Below, piece after piece: positions 20,332 to 31,723 of a stretch of 64,000 bases of DNA. The DNA is from Pseudomonadota bacterium (GTDB taxonomy: Bacteria > Pseudomonadota > Alphaproteobacteria > RF32 > CAG-239): contig CAKJXZ020000012.1 of the NCBI GenBank assembly GCA_918234285.1, positions 1-64,000 of the forward strand. Direction: 5' to 3'. Each line of letters begins with the position of its first letter. The first letter of the stretch is position 1. A program made the translations under genes and the position numbers. Below the pieces are notes generated by a model, which searched no databases, was not told the origin of the DNA, and saw only the letters and a program-made list of their open reading frames with translations.

Positions 20332-21207
20332 TTAGTTCAGCCGATATTCGATATATTCCGGTGTGTAATAAATTACTTCAAAATTTACACCGTTGATGTC
20401 GACAAAGCGCTGTGTCGGATAAACCGTACGTCTGGTCGTGGTGCCGGTTGCCGCGTCATACACCAGGAAGGAAAGCATACCGTTGTCGATTCCGTCATAG
20501 CGAATATCAAAATTCAGCTGTTTGCCGGAGGCTGATTGCGATACACTATCAGCTCGAATCAGCTTCATATATTTCGGGTTATATACTATGGTATCGTTAC
20601 CCACATATAACTTACCGTCGCGGGCTACCCCCATCTTATTGTGTATTTTGCCCTTTTCGTCGACGAGCAACGTGTATGCCGTGCCGTCAATACGCAAGAG
20701 CATGAAAGGTTTCTCGTTGATGGTTACTTCGCCAAACGGACGGAACAAGTCATCGGTATAGACTTTGAAATCGTGATCCTTACTTGAAATCATCCCCTTG
20801 GTATTAAAGCGATAGGCTTCACCGGTAATGGCATGCGTAGTCAAAGTATAAGTTGTCGAATCATACATACGCTGACCGCGATTCGCAGAAACCACAACAC
20901 CTTGCGGATATTCATGAGCGTTTACCGTTTGCGAACTGTCCATACCGACATCGTCGCACGGAGCCGGTTCCGGATACATCACAATCGGATACACCCGATA
21001 AGTTCTGAAACGGTTTTTCCAATATGATTCATTCCCCGGTTTATCGAAAATATCTTCAAACAAAGGCGGATCTTCTTCCGGACAACCCTGTAATCCACAA
21101 CGGCTCTGGTATGTCGGATCTACGTAAGTTTCGGTATATTGCGCCTGCGAGGACACGGCCCAACCGGTTAATAAAAGTGTTATTGCTGGAATAAATATTT
21201 TTTTCAT
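20332..21207 (-). CDS. Exported hypothetical protein
   Basis: 291 aa, Sec signal peptide ending SQA, beta-rich. Confidence 0.8.
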   Translation of the reverse strand: MKKIFIPAITLLLTGWAVSSQAQYTETYVDPTYQSRCGLQGCPEEDPPLFEDIFDKPGNESYWKNRFRTYRVYPIVMYPEPAPCDDVGMDSSQTVNAHEYPQGVVVSANRGQRMYDSTTYTLTTHAITGEAYRFNTKGMISSKDHDFKVYTDDLFRPFGEVTINEKPFMLLRIDGTAYTLLVDEKGKIHNKMGVARDGKLYVGNDTIVYNPKYMKLIRADSVSQSASGKQLNFDIRYDGIDNGMLSFLVYDAATGTTTRRTVYPTQRFVDINGVNFEVIYYTPEYIEYRLN

Positions 21208-21293
21208 GATAAGCTCTTTTTAAAGTTTAGGTATATATACTGAAGCTACATTAAACCCGCTTTGGTAAAAAAAGTTATAACGAAAGCAAAAAA

Positions 21294-22169
21294 ATGGAAC
21301 AAAAATTCGGAAACTGCAAAATTATCAAATTCAAACCGTGCGCACAAGTACCGGAACAACTTGAAAGTTTTGCCGAAGAATTCTTTGAAGTGGTGGAGTT
21401 GAATTATACTGACGACGGAATGGAACAACTTGTCGGATATTTGCGAGTTGATGCCGATGTTTCGGTGATGAACGCCGTTGCCGCAGCAACAAATATCACG
21501 TTGCCGGAATATACGGTCGAACTGCTGCAAGGAAGGGATTGGCTCAAAGAAAACGTGATTAAGTTTGCGCCGGTCGAGGCCGGAGACTTTTATGTTTACG
21601 GTATTCATGAAACAACACCCGATACTCACGGCAAAATCGGCATAAAAGTATATGCGGCCACGGCTTTCGGTTCCGAGCATCAAACTACAAAGTGCTGTCT
21701 GCTGGGGATTTCCGAAATCGATAAACTCGGATGCAAAGTGCAAAAAGTTTTGGATGTCGGTACCGGTTCGGGCATTTTATCGTTGGCGGCCGCCAAACTT
21801 TGGCCGCAATCGGCAATCGTGGCGGTGGATATTGATGACGAATCGGTAAACGTAACGGCGCAAAATGCGATTGATAACGGGGTATCAGCACAAATTACGG
21901 CTTTATACAGCGACGGGTATTCCGCACGGACGGTACACGATAATGCACCTTATGATGTGATATTGGCCAATATTTTGGCGCGCCCGTTGATTGCCATGGC
22001 GCCGGAGATGGCCGCACACTTAAAAATAGGCGGTTATGCGGTTATATCCGGATTTATCGAAGACCAGGCCGAGTGGGTCATCGGCGAGCACGAAAAATAC
22101 GGACTGGCTCTGCAAAAAGTTTATGAGGACGGACAGTGGCGTGCCGCCCTGTTGAAAAGGGTAAAATAA
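21294..22169 (+). CDS. prmA: Ribosomal protein L11 methyltransferase
   Basis: AFGSEHQTT, VLDVGTGSGILS, YDVILANILA. Confidence 0.92.
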   Translation: MEQKFGNCKIIKFKPCAQVPEQLESFAEEFFEVVELNYTDDGMEQLVGYLRVDADVSVMNAVAAATNITLPEYTVELLQGRDWLKENVIKFAPVEAGDFYVYGIHETTPDTHGKIGIKVYAATAFGSEHQTTKCCLLGISEIDKLGCKVQKVLDVGTGSGILSLAAAKLWPQSAIVAVDIDDESVNVTAQNAIDNGVSAQITALYSDGYSARTVHDNAPYDVILANILARPLIAMAPEMAAHLKIGGYAVISGFIEDQAEWVIGEHEKYGLALQKVYEDGQWRAALLKRVK

Positions 22170-23860
22170 TGACAATACGGGAAATCAGAAATCAGTTAAA
22201 AAAATTAGAAATTGAGGCTTATGTCGTCAGCCACGGCAATCGCTTCATCGGTCAGGATGTGTTACCGGAAGAACATAAACTCAAGGCGCTGTGCGGCTTC
22301 AGCGGTTCGGCCGGAATTGCGGTTATCACGGAAAACGAGGCGTTTTTATTGGTGGACGGTCGCTACGAGTTGCAAGCCCGCCTGGAAACCAAAGCCGATG
22401 AGATAACCGTGGTTGATGAGATGCCGCGTTTCAAGTCGGTATGTGATTTGTTGCGGCAAAAAAACATTACTTCGGTCGGGTATGATGCCTGGTGTCACAG
22501 CATTGCCGAAACGGAGTATCTGAAGCGTCGCTATCGTGAGATGCGTTTTGTTGATGTCGGAGAATTGATGCCGCTTGCGCCCGCACGCGAGATTGAAGCG
22601 CTACGGCGAGAGGAACGTTTTGCCGGTCAAAGTCGTGCCGAAAAACTGGCATTGGTAACGGAGATATTGCGAGAGCAAAATGCCGATGCCTGTTTAATTA
22701 CATCGGCCGACAGCGTTTCCTGGTTACTTAATATATATGCGAGAGATTTGCCGTGTACGCCGATTGTGCGGGCCTATGCTCTGGTGGAAACTGACGGCGG
22801 TGTTACTCTGTTTGCCGATAATCTTAAGGCCGATTTGCCGGTGAAAAATTGGCAACAGCTGGCCGATTTTTTGGCTGCAGCCGCGGATAAAAAAATTATG
22901 TGTGACGCTCATACCGCGCCGGAAAAAATAAAAAATCTGCTTGCCGCCACCACGGTTCTGTATAAGGCTCCGGATGTTTGCGCACTGTCTAAGGTCGAAA
23001 AAAATCAGGTTGAATTGCAAGGTATGATAAATTGCCATATTCGCGACGGTGTGGCTTTGGTTAAATTGTTTGCTTGGTTGGAGAACAATTGGCATGGCCT
23101 GAGTGAAATGGATGTGGTCAAAAAATTGCATACGTTGCGCGCCGAGCAGGAATATTTTTTCAGCGAAAGTTTTGAAACTATCGCCGGTTGCGGTGCCGAC
23201 GGGGCAATCGTACATTATCAGCCTGATGCCGGACATAATTCGCCGCTAAGTGAAAATACGCTTTTGCTGCTTGACAGCGGCGGACAATATTTTGACGGTA
23301 CCACCGATGTTACCAGAACAATAGCTTTGGGGGAGCCGACAGCGGAGATGATTGCCGATTTTACGGCGGTACTGAAAGCACACATTGCTCTGGCACAAAT
23401 GCGTTTTCCGCTCGGGACATCGGGGACCAAGCTGGATATAATCGCTCGCTCTGAAATGTGGAAAGAATATCAGGATTATAAGCACGGCACCGGACACGGA
23501 GTAGCTTGTTTCGGCAATGTACACGAAGGGCCGATAAGTATTTCTGCCGGTGGTTCCGATTACGGCTTCAAACCGAATATGGTAACTTCAAACGAACCGG
23601 GAGTGTATAAAGAAGGCAAATACGGGATTCGCATCGAAAATTTACAATATACGGTTACGTCGCCGCAAAACGAAAACTTTTTGGAATTCCGCTATCTGAC
23701 CAAAGTGCCTATTGATAAAAAGCTGATTGATAAATATTTATTAAGCGAAGGCGAGCAGGCGTGGCTGAACAAATATCACGAAGATGTATATAACGGTTTA
23801 GCTCCTTATTTGAATGAAATTGAAAAAGTGTGGTTGAAAAACGCTTGCTCTCCGCTTTGA
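22169..23860 (+). CDS. Aminopeptidase P (M24B) family protein
   Basis: GFSGSAG, DSGGQYFDGTTDVTRT, HGTGHGV, SNEPGVY, GIRIEN. Confidence 0.93.
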   Translation: MTIREIRNQLKKLEIEAYVVSHGNRFIGQDVLPEEHKLKALCGFSGSAGIAVITENEAFLLVDGRYELQARLETKADEITVVDEMPRFKSVCDLLRQKNITSVGYDAWCHSIAETEYLKRRYREMRFVDVGELMPLAPAREIEALRREERFAGQSRAEKLALVTEILREQNADACLITSADSVSWLLNIYARDLPCTPIVRAYALVETDGGVTLFADNLKADLPVKNWQQLADFLAAAADKKIMCDAHTAPEKIKNLLAATTVLYKAPDVCALSKVEKNQVELQGMINCHIRDGVALVKLFAWLENNWHGLSEMDVVKKLHTLRAEQEYFFSESFETIAGCGADGAIVHYQPDAGHNSPLSENTLLLLDSGGQYFDGTTDVTRTIALGEPTAEMIADFTAVLKAHIALAQMRFPLGTSGTKLDIIARSEMWKEYQDYKHGTGHGVACFGNVHEGPISISAGGSDYGFKPNMVTSNEPGVYKEGKYGIRIENLQYTVTSPQNENFLEFRYLTKVPIDKKLIDKYLLSEGEQAWLNKYHEDVYNGLAPYLNEIEKVWLKNACSPL

Positions 23861-23871
23861 ATGGAGGGATA

Positions 23872-24324
23872 ATGCGTAAGGCAGCGGGACTGCTGGCAAT
23901 TTTGTTGTGTATCTGCGGTTTTTCGGCACGGGCGCAATATGTCGATTTGCCGGGCAATAATCGGGCTTTGCAAGATTATATCAATGCGGCACCGGAAAAT
24001 GCCAACACCTCGATAATGTATATTTTTTATGCAAATTGGGATTGCGTGGAATGTGCCGAGGCCGTTAAACTGATTTATTACTTATACAACAAATATTACG
24101 TTAACGATTTCAATGTGTTCGAAATAAACTATATGGCCGATTATACCTATGATTATCGCCTTGACTTTGATTTAACGCAGCCGCTGACGGTTATTTTGGT
24201 CAGGGTGCGGGGTGGGCAGGCTCTGGGTTATTATAAAATAGACAATCCGCAAGAATGGTTAAATAATCCGATGAATTTCGAACAAAATATGCTTATGCAG
24301 ATAAATAACTTTCTGGCGATGTAA
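23872..24324 (+). CDS. Exported thioredoxin-fold (CxxC) hypothetical protein
   Basis: Signal peptide; FYANWDCVEC motif. Confidence 0.65.
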   Translation: MRKAAGLLAILLCICGFSARAQYVDLPGNNRALQDYINAAPENANTSIMYIFYANWDCVECAEAVKLIYYLYNKYYVNDFNVFEINYMADYTYDYRLDFDLTQPLTVILVRVRGGQALGYYKIDNPQEWLNNPMNFEQNMLMQINNFLAM

Positions 24325-24393
24325 AATCTTATCTAAATTTTTACTAATTCCGTTTAGAATGCATTTTAAAGTGCAATTAAAAGACGGAATTTA

Positions 24394-25218
24394 ATGAACC
24401 AAAAACTGAAATATATTTCACGAATTAAAGACGAATTTGATACGGTCATCAGCGGTGTCAACGGCGTTATTATGCGCGGGGACAATATTGTTGATGAGGC
24501 AGTCGATACGTTAATTAAATTGTATCAGAGCGGCAAGAAAATCATGCTGGCTTCCAACTCGGGAATGCGGGTAAAAGATTTATATTATACTTTAAAGCAC
24601 AGAAATGTGCCGATGAATATCTTTTATGCCATGATTACCGCCGGCGAAATCGCTCACTTTTATTTGAAGAACAATCGCATCGGCGAAACATATTACAGTT
24701 TGTCGGGCAATACATCAAATGTAATGGCCGGATTGGATTACAAACCGGCCGACAGCATTGTTATGGCGGATTTTATTGTGGCGGAAACCGAAAGTTCCGG
24801 CGTTAATCTTGCCGAAACGATGTCGGTGTTAGAACAAGCATTGCACTTGCATTTGCCGCTTTTATGCGTCGGTAACAATACTTCGTTGATTACGGACACC
24901 GGAGTGGTGGAAAGCGTAGGGGCCGTGGCTGAAAAATACGCTCTTATGGGTGGGCAGGTTATTCCGTTCGGCAAACCCGATGTGCGAATAGCTGCTTATC
25001 TGGCGGAAAGTGTGCCCGGTTTTATGGCTAAACGCTGCCTGGTGGTAGGTGACGGCATGGCTACCGATATGCGTATGGGTAACAGTTTTGGCGCAAAGAC
25101 ACTGTTTTTGACCGAAGGCGTACATCAGCTGGATGTCAATATTGAACAGCGCTTAAATGATTTATCTGAAAGTTACGGTTTGAATATCGACTACTATATG
25201 GAGAAATTTATATGGTAG
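24394..25218 (+). CDS. HAD superfamily subfamily IIA hydrolase-like protein with degenerate motif I
   Basis: LASNSG (motif II), FGKPD (III) and VVGDGMATD (IV) present; motif I reads ISGVNGV. Confidence 0.8.
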   Translation: MNQKLKYISRIKDEFDTVISGVNGVIMRGDNIVDEAVDTLIKLYQSGKKIMLASNSGMRVKDLYYTLKHRNVPMNIFYAMITAGEIAHFYLKNNRIGETYYSLSGNTSNVMAGLDYKPADSIVMADFIVAETESSGVNLAETMSVLEQALHLHLPLLCVGNNTSLITDTGVVESVGAVAEKYALMGGQVIPFGKPDVRIAAYLAESVPGFMAKRCLVVGDGMATDMRMGNSFGAKTLFLTEGVHQLDVNIEQRLNDLSESYGLNIDYYMEKFIW

Positions 25219-25742
25219 GGCGTGGTTTGAAACAAACAATGCTTTTTGTTCTCGGCATTGTGGCAATTATTTTTGTGTGTCGTTCTCGTTTGGGAGAATA
25301 TCCGTCCGAGCAATACGAGCGCGTTATGGCTCGCAAGCGTGCCGCGTACGAATTGGAAATTACTCCAGCGGAAATAAATGCTTTTACCCGTCTGTGGCCG
25401 GAATTTAAACAGCTCGGTCTGGATAAGGATTTTAACGTTTCTTATATGGTATTGTTGCCGTCAGAAGCTGCAGACTGGAAGCGCAAATTGTGGTTCAGAT
25501 ACCACCAATGGGATGCCGATCGTTTCTTTTATGTACAACAACGCATCGGCTATTTGTTGCAAGCTATCGAAATCAGACGCGATGCACAAAATATTCTGGA
25601 AAGTCTGGAAGGTCGCTATGATGAGCTTTCCGAACAGTTGAGAGAATTGCAACGGTTACGGATTAAATCGGCAACAATGTCGTTTGCAGAGTTGTTGGCG
25701 GTTTCGTCACGTGAAGATCAATTACGCGAATTATTGAAGTAA
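25212..25742 (+). CDS. Hypothetical protein with N-terminal membrane anchor
   Basis: 176-aa ORF overlapping the upstream stop. Confidence 0.7.
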   Translation: MVGRGLKQTMLFVLGIVAIIFVCRSRLGEYPSEQYERVMARKRAAYELEITPAEINAFTRLWPEFKQLGLDKDFNVSYMVLLPSEAADWKRKLWFRYHQWDADRFFYVQQRIGYLLQAIEIRRDAQNILESLEGRYDELSEQLRELQRLRIKSATMSFAELLAVSSREDQLRELLK

Positions 25743-25855
25743 TATCGGTAACTGCGGGGAAACCTGTTTTTTACGGATATAAATTTTTAAAGCGAATTTT
25801 TATTTAATTATTTTAATAAAATTATAACTTTATAACTTTATCTTTGTAATCATAA

Positions 25856-28048
<2,193 letters not shown>

Positions 28049-28077
<29 letters not shown>

Positions 28078-28990
28078 CTTGGGAACCAACTCTTGCCGCT
28101 TGCGGATTACCGACGGCTCCGGCAATGTGTTGTATCGCCATGCCGAAACCGTTAAGTTGGGCGAGGGGATGTATCAGAACGGAAGTTTTACCGAAACCGC
28201 GATGGCGCGCACTCTCAGGTGTTTGACCGATTATGCAGCACAAATGAAAAATTACGGAGTTACGCATTATCGTGCCGTGACTACTGCCTCTTGTCGCATG
28301 GCTGCCAACGGACCGGAATTTGTGCAGACGGTGCGAGAATTGTGCGGACTTAATCTGGAAATTATCAGCGCCGAGGAAGAAGCATTGCTCAATGTCAAGG
28401 GGGCTCGGCTCAATGCCGCGGCAAGCTCGCCCTATGTGTTGGTTTATGATTTAGGCGGCGGTTCTACCGAAATAACCTTGGCCACCAACGAGCCAAACCC
28501 GAAAGTTTTATACACGATTTCGATTCCCTGGGGCGCACGCAACGCTTCCGAGGCATTCGATATAATCGAATATGATGCCGCAAAGGCGGAAAAATTACGC
28601 ACTGAAATTCGTAAATACGTTTTGGAATTTTTATACGGCTCCGAATTTTTGATGTATCTCAACCAATGTGATTGCATATCTACCTCCAGCACTCCGCTCA
28701 GATTGATGAGTATGGTTATGAACACCGTAGGCTACGACAAAGATAAGGCGGACGGTATGGCGGCGGAGACCAAAAAAATCGACGAGCAGATTGCCGCGAT
28801 TTGGCAGATGAATTTTGAACAACTCGCCAAAAATCAATATATCGGCGAAAATCGCGCGCCGATTATCGTGGCGGCCACCGTGATTTTTAAGGAGATTTAC
28901 GATACGTTGCAAATCAAAGTGCTGACGGCTTCGCTTAAAGGGGCACAAGATGCCATTATTGAAGAATTGAGGCAAAAATGGCTAAGTTGA
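28049..28990 (+). CDS. Ppx/GppA family protein (copy 2, divergent)
   Basis: AIDLGTNSCRL, EEEA, DLGGGSTE; C-terminal GxREG replaced by GAQDA. Confidence 0.88.
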
Positions 28991-29667
28991 CGCAATCGGC
29001 AAAACAGGTGCGCGGGCGCAAAATGTTGGCAGTCAGAGTTAAAAATGCCAAATACAACACCACGTCTTCCAATCGCTGGTTGCAGCGTCAACTCAACGAT
29101 CCGTATGTGGCGGAAGCCAAGCGGCAGGGATATCGTTCGCGGGCGGCGTTTAAGCTGATTCAGCTGGATGAAAAATATCACTTTCTGGGCAAAGGCAAAA
29201 CCATTGTTGATTTAGGCTGTGCACCGGGCGGATGGACGCAGGTGGCGGCGCTTAAAAACAAAGGCGAGGGGCAAATTGTCGGCATGGATTTGTTGCCGAC
29301 CGAGCCGATTGAAGGTGCCGTATTGTTGCAACAGGACTTTACCGCCGATGAGGCGCCGGCGATGATTAAGGCCTTGCTCAACGGGCCGGCCGATGTGGTG
29401 ATGAGCGATATGGCGGCCAACACCACCGGCGTACAGAACATCGACCATTTACGTACACTCGGCCTGGTGGAGATGGCATATGATTTTGCCAAAGAAATTC
29501 TGGCGGTCGGCGGCATTTTTATCGCCAAAGTTTTCCAAGGCGGTACCGAGCAGAATTTGTTAAACGATATGAAACAACATTTTTCCAAAGTTACGCACTA
29601 TAAACCCGATGCCAGTCGGCAGGATTCGGTAGAAATGTATGTGGTGGCGCAAGGTTTTAAGGGCTGA
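28978..29667 (+). CDS. rlmE: 23S rRNA methyltransferase RlmE (FtsJ)
   Basis: WLQRQLNDPYV, GYRSRAAFKL, DLGCAPGGW, SDMA, KP.ASR. Confidence 0.97.
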   Translation: MAKLTQSAKQVRGRKMLAVRVKNAKYNTTSSNRWLQRQLNDPYVAEAKRQGYRSRAAFKLIQLDEKYHFLGKGKTIVDLGCAPGGWTQVAALKNKGEGQIVGMDLLPTEPIEGAVLLQQDFTADEAPAMIKALLNGPADVVMSDMAANTTGVQNIDHLRTLGLVEMAYDFAKEILAVGGIFIAKVFQGGTEQNLLNDMKQHFSKVTHYKPDASRQDSVEMYVVAQGFKG

Positions 29668-29723
29668 TAAAACCGCACATATAAAAAACGAAAAGCGCGA
29701 ACATTTGAGTTCACGCTTTTTGC

Positions 29724-30614
29724 TTAAAATTCCTGCAACAGGCGATAATTTTCTCCCACACCGATTAAAACGGATTTATTTTTCTTGTCGGCGGCCACAA
29801 CATCTGCACCCTCAGGGCAAATATCGGTCGCAAACGGTTCGCCGTTAAAGCGATAAAGGAAGAACTTTTCACCGCGTTTGAGGCAAAAGAGCGACGCAAA
29901 ATCCAGAAGATCAATCTGTTCGGCGCGCTCAAATTGCATAAACTTGCCGCGATAACAGCTCTGAATCAAGCCGCTCAGCCCGCAACAAATGGCAAAATCG
30001 TCGTGTCTGCTGCACAAAATGAGTTGCTGACGCACAAAGAGCGGGGCGCACTGCAAAGTATACTGACGCTGTTTGCGCAAAGAATAGATTGCGTGGTTGC
30101 CGACGGAATGCACATACAAAAAATCGCCTTTAATTTCGATTTCCTGATTGTCTAGGCACGTTTGCTCCGTAATCAGCGTGCCGTCGAGGTCATACACCGT
30201 CCAATATTTGCCGTACTTGATGTACAGAGCCAAGTAGCGGTCGCTTTTGAGCAGTTGATTACCGTACGCACACACATACTTCTGCGTTCCGTTCCACCAG
30301 ATGGCGCAGTAACGCATATCGCCGTCGCTGTGATAATCAAGAACGATAATCCAAGATTTCCCGGCCGGATAAAGCATTACATCTGCCCCGAGGCGCGAAA
30401 CCACTACCTTTTCTTCGAGGGTATAGATAGTGCGTGAGCTGATAATCAGGCCGCACTGCGGATAAACCTCGATTGAAGAATGGTCTTCGGAAAGGTGCCT
30501 CATTTTTATGAGTTTCAGCGTGCCGTCCGGTAGTTTTTCCACCCTAAACAGGCGCGATCTTCGCTCGTCTTTCAAGAGCATCAGGCCGCATTGGTCGAAT
30601 AATTTTTGTTTCAT
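29724..30614 (-). CDS. Hypothetical beta-rich protein
   Basis: 296-aa ORF with TTGACA-N17-TATCAT promoter and downstream hairpin (about 29690-29721); no Shine-Dalgarno. Confidence 0.75.
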   Translation of the reverse strand: MKQKLFDQCGLMLLKDERRSRLFRVEKLPDGTLKLIKMRHLSEDHSSIEVYPQCGLIISSRTIYTLEEKVVVSRLGADVMLYPAGKSWIIVLDYHSDGDMRYCAIWWNGTQKYVCAYGNQLLKSDRYLALYIKYGKYWTVYDLDGTLITEQTCLDNQEIEIKGDFLYVHSVGNHAIYSLRKQRQYTLQCAPLFVRQQLILCSRHDDFAICCGLSGLIQSCYRGKFMQFERAEQIDLLDFASLFCLKRGEKFFLYRFNGEPFATDICPEGADVVAADKKNKSVLIGVGENYRLLQEF

Positions 30615-30763
30615 AAAGATTTGCTAATAATTTGACATTTGGCATTAATGATACATATTTTTTTGCACTTTGTCAACGGGAATATGCGATAAAAAACATT
30701 GTCACACCTCGTGCGGCACGATGAAAAATATTATTGTCATCGCTCGGTCTGCGATAATAACCT

Positions 30764-30857
30764 GTCATCCTGAACGAATGTGAAGGATCCAGCAACACCG
30801 TTGGTGTTGTTCGTTCCGTTGGAACGAATGGATACTTCGGCTTTGCCTCAATATGAC
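30764..30857 (+). repeat. GTCATCC-tagged REP-like palindromic element (second type)
   Basis: GTCATCCTGAACGAATGTGAAGGATCC ... GGATACTTCGGCTTTGCCTCAATATGAC: inverted arms enclosing two small hairpins. Confidence 0.7.
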
Positions 30858-30904
30858 GAGTCATAGAAAAACAAAAAAAGGCAGGACTATGCCTGCCTTC
30901 TAAC

Positions 30905-30980
<76 letters not shown>

Positions 30981-31109
30981 AAAAACAGAAATCGTATAAC
31001 ACAACATTTTTCAAATGTAAAGTAAAAAAATCGAGTTGTGTGTTTTTTTAATGCCGTGCGAGGTATGACAATAGACACAAATCGTCATCCCGCTCGCAAT
31101 ATAAAAATA

Positions 31110-31317
31110 GTCATCCCTCGAAGTGCACAACAATAACCTGTCATCCCTCGAAGTGCACAACAATAACCTGTCATCCCTCGAAGTGCGCGGTGCGTCACTT
31201 CGTCAAGGGATCTCATCTTTGCGAAGCGCAAATTGTATGTGATTCGGAAGCAATGCTGACGCATTGAAAGGTCAGATCGCTGGACGGTCTGACGCACCGC
31301 GCAGACCGAGCGATGAC
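31110..31317 (+). repeat. Two 30-bp tandem truncated arms followed by full palindromic element copy 2 (31170-31317)
   Basis: GTCATCCCTCGAAGTGCACAACAATAACCT x2, then the full element ending GATGAC. Confidence 0.9.
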
Positions 31318-31368
31318 AATATTTTTTTCACCGCATCGTGCGAGGTATGACAATAATTTTTTTGCTTG

Positions 31369-31610
31369 CAAAACACTTTAAAAAACGAGTGACGAAAATA
31401 CCTCCCATAAAAGCGCAAAAAAATACCTCAAAAAATGTAAAAAATGCCCCCAAAAAAATACCCCCAAAAAAATACCCCAAAAAATGCCTCAAAAAACGCA
31501 AAAAAAAATCGCAAAAAACGCTCCCAAAACACTTTAAAAAACGAGTGACAAAAATGCCAAAAAAATCGACATGAAAAACCCTTAAAAAAGGCTTAATAAC
31601 AAAAGGATAT
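31369..31610 (+). repeat. A-tract/C-rich low-complexity degenerate repeat upstream of the adhesin
   Basis: Recurrent A5-A9 tracts separated by short C-rich spacers; 25-bp CAAAACACTTTAAAAAACGAGTGAC at 31369 and 31525. Confidence 0.8.
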
Positions 31611-31627
31611 ATATATAAATTTTTTAC

Positions 31628-31656
31628 TTGCAATCTTAAAAAACATAGTCTAAACT
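31628..31656 (+). promoter_or_regulatory. Adhesin promoter
   Basis: TTGCAA-N17-TAAACT; AAGGAG RBS at 31711. Confidence 0.65.
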
Positions 31657-31723
31657 CCCGAGTAACGTCGTGTTATTTTGCGGCGGAAGTTAACTTATTA
31701 TAATAGAATAAGGAGAATAATTC

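Noticed and set aside
31110-31317. CRISPR array (30-bp tandem units; ATTGAAAG motif in the element core)
   Set aside because: Units are identical with no unique spacers, ATTGAAAG occurs once per dispersed element, and no cas genes are present.
31338-31574. Lys/Pro-rich 78-aa ORF as a histone-like protein
   Set aside because: It starts inside a repeat with no RBS; the open frame is explained by T-poor A-tract sequence.
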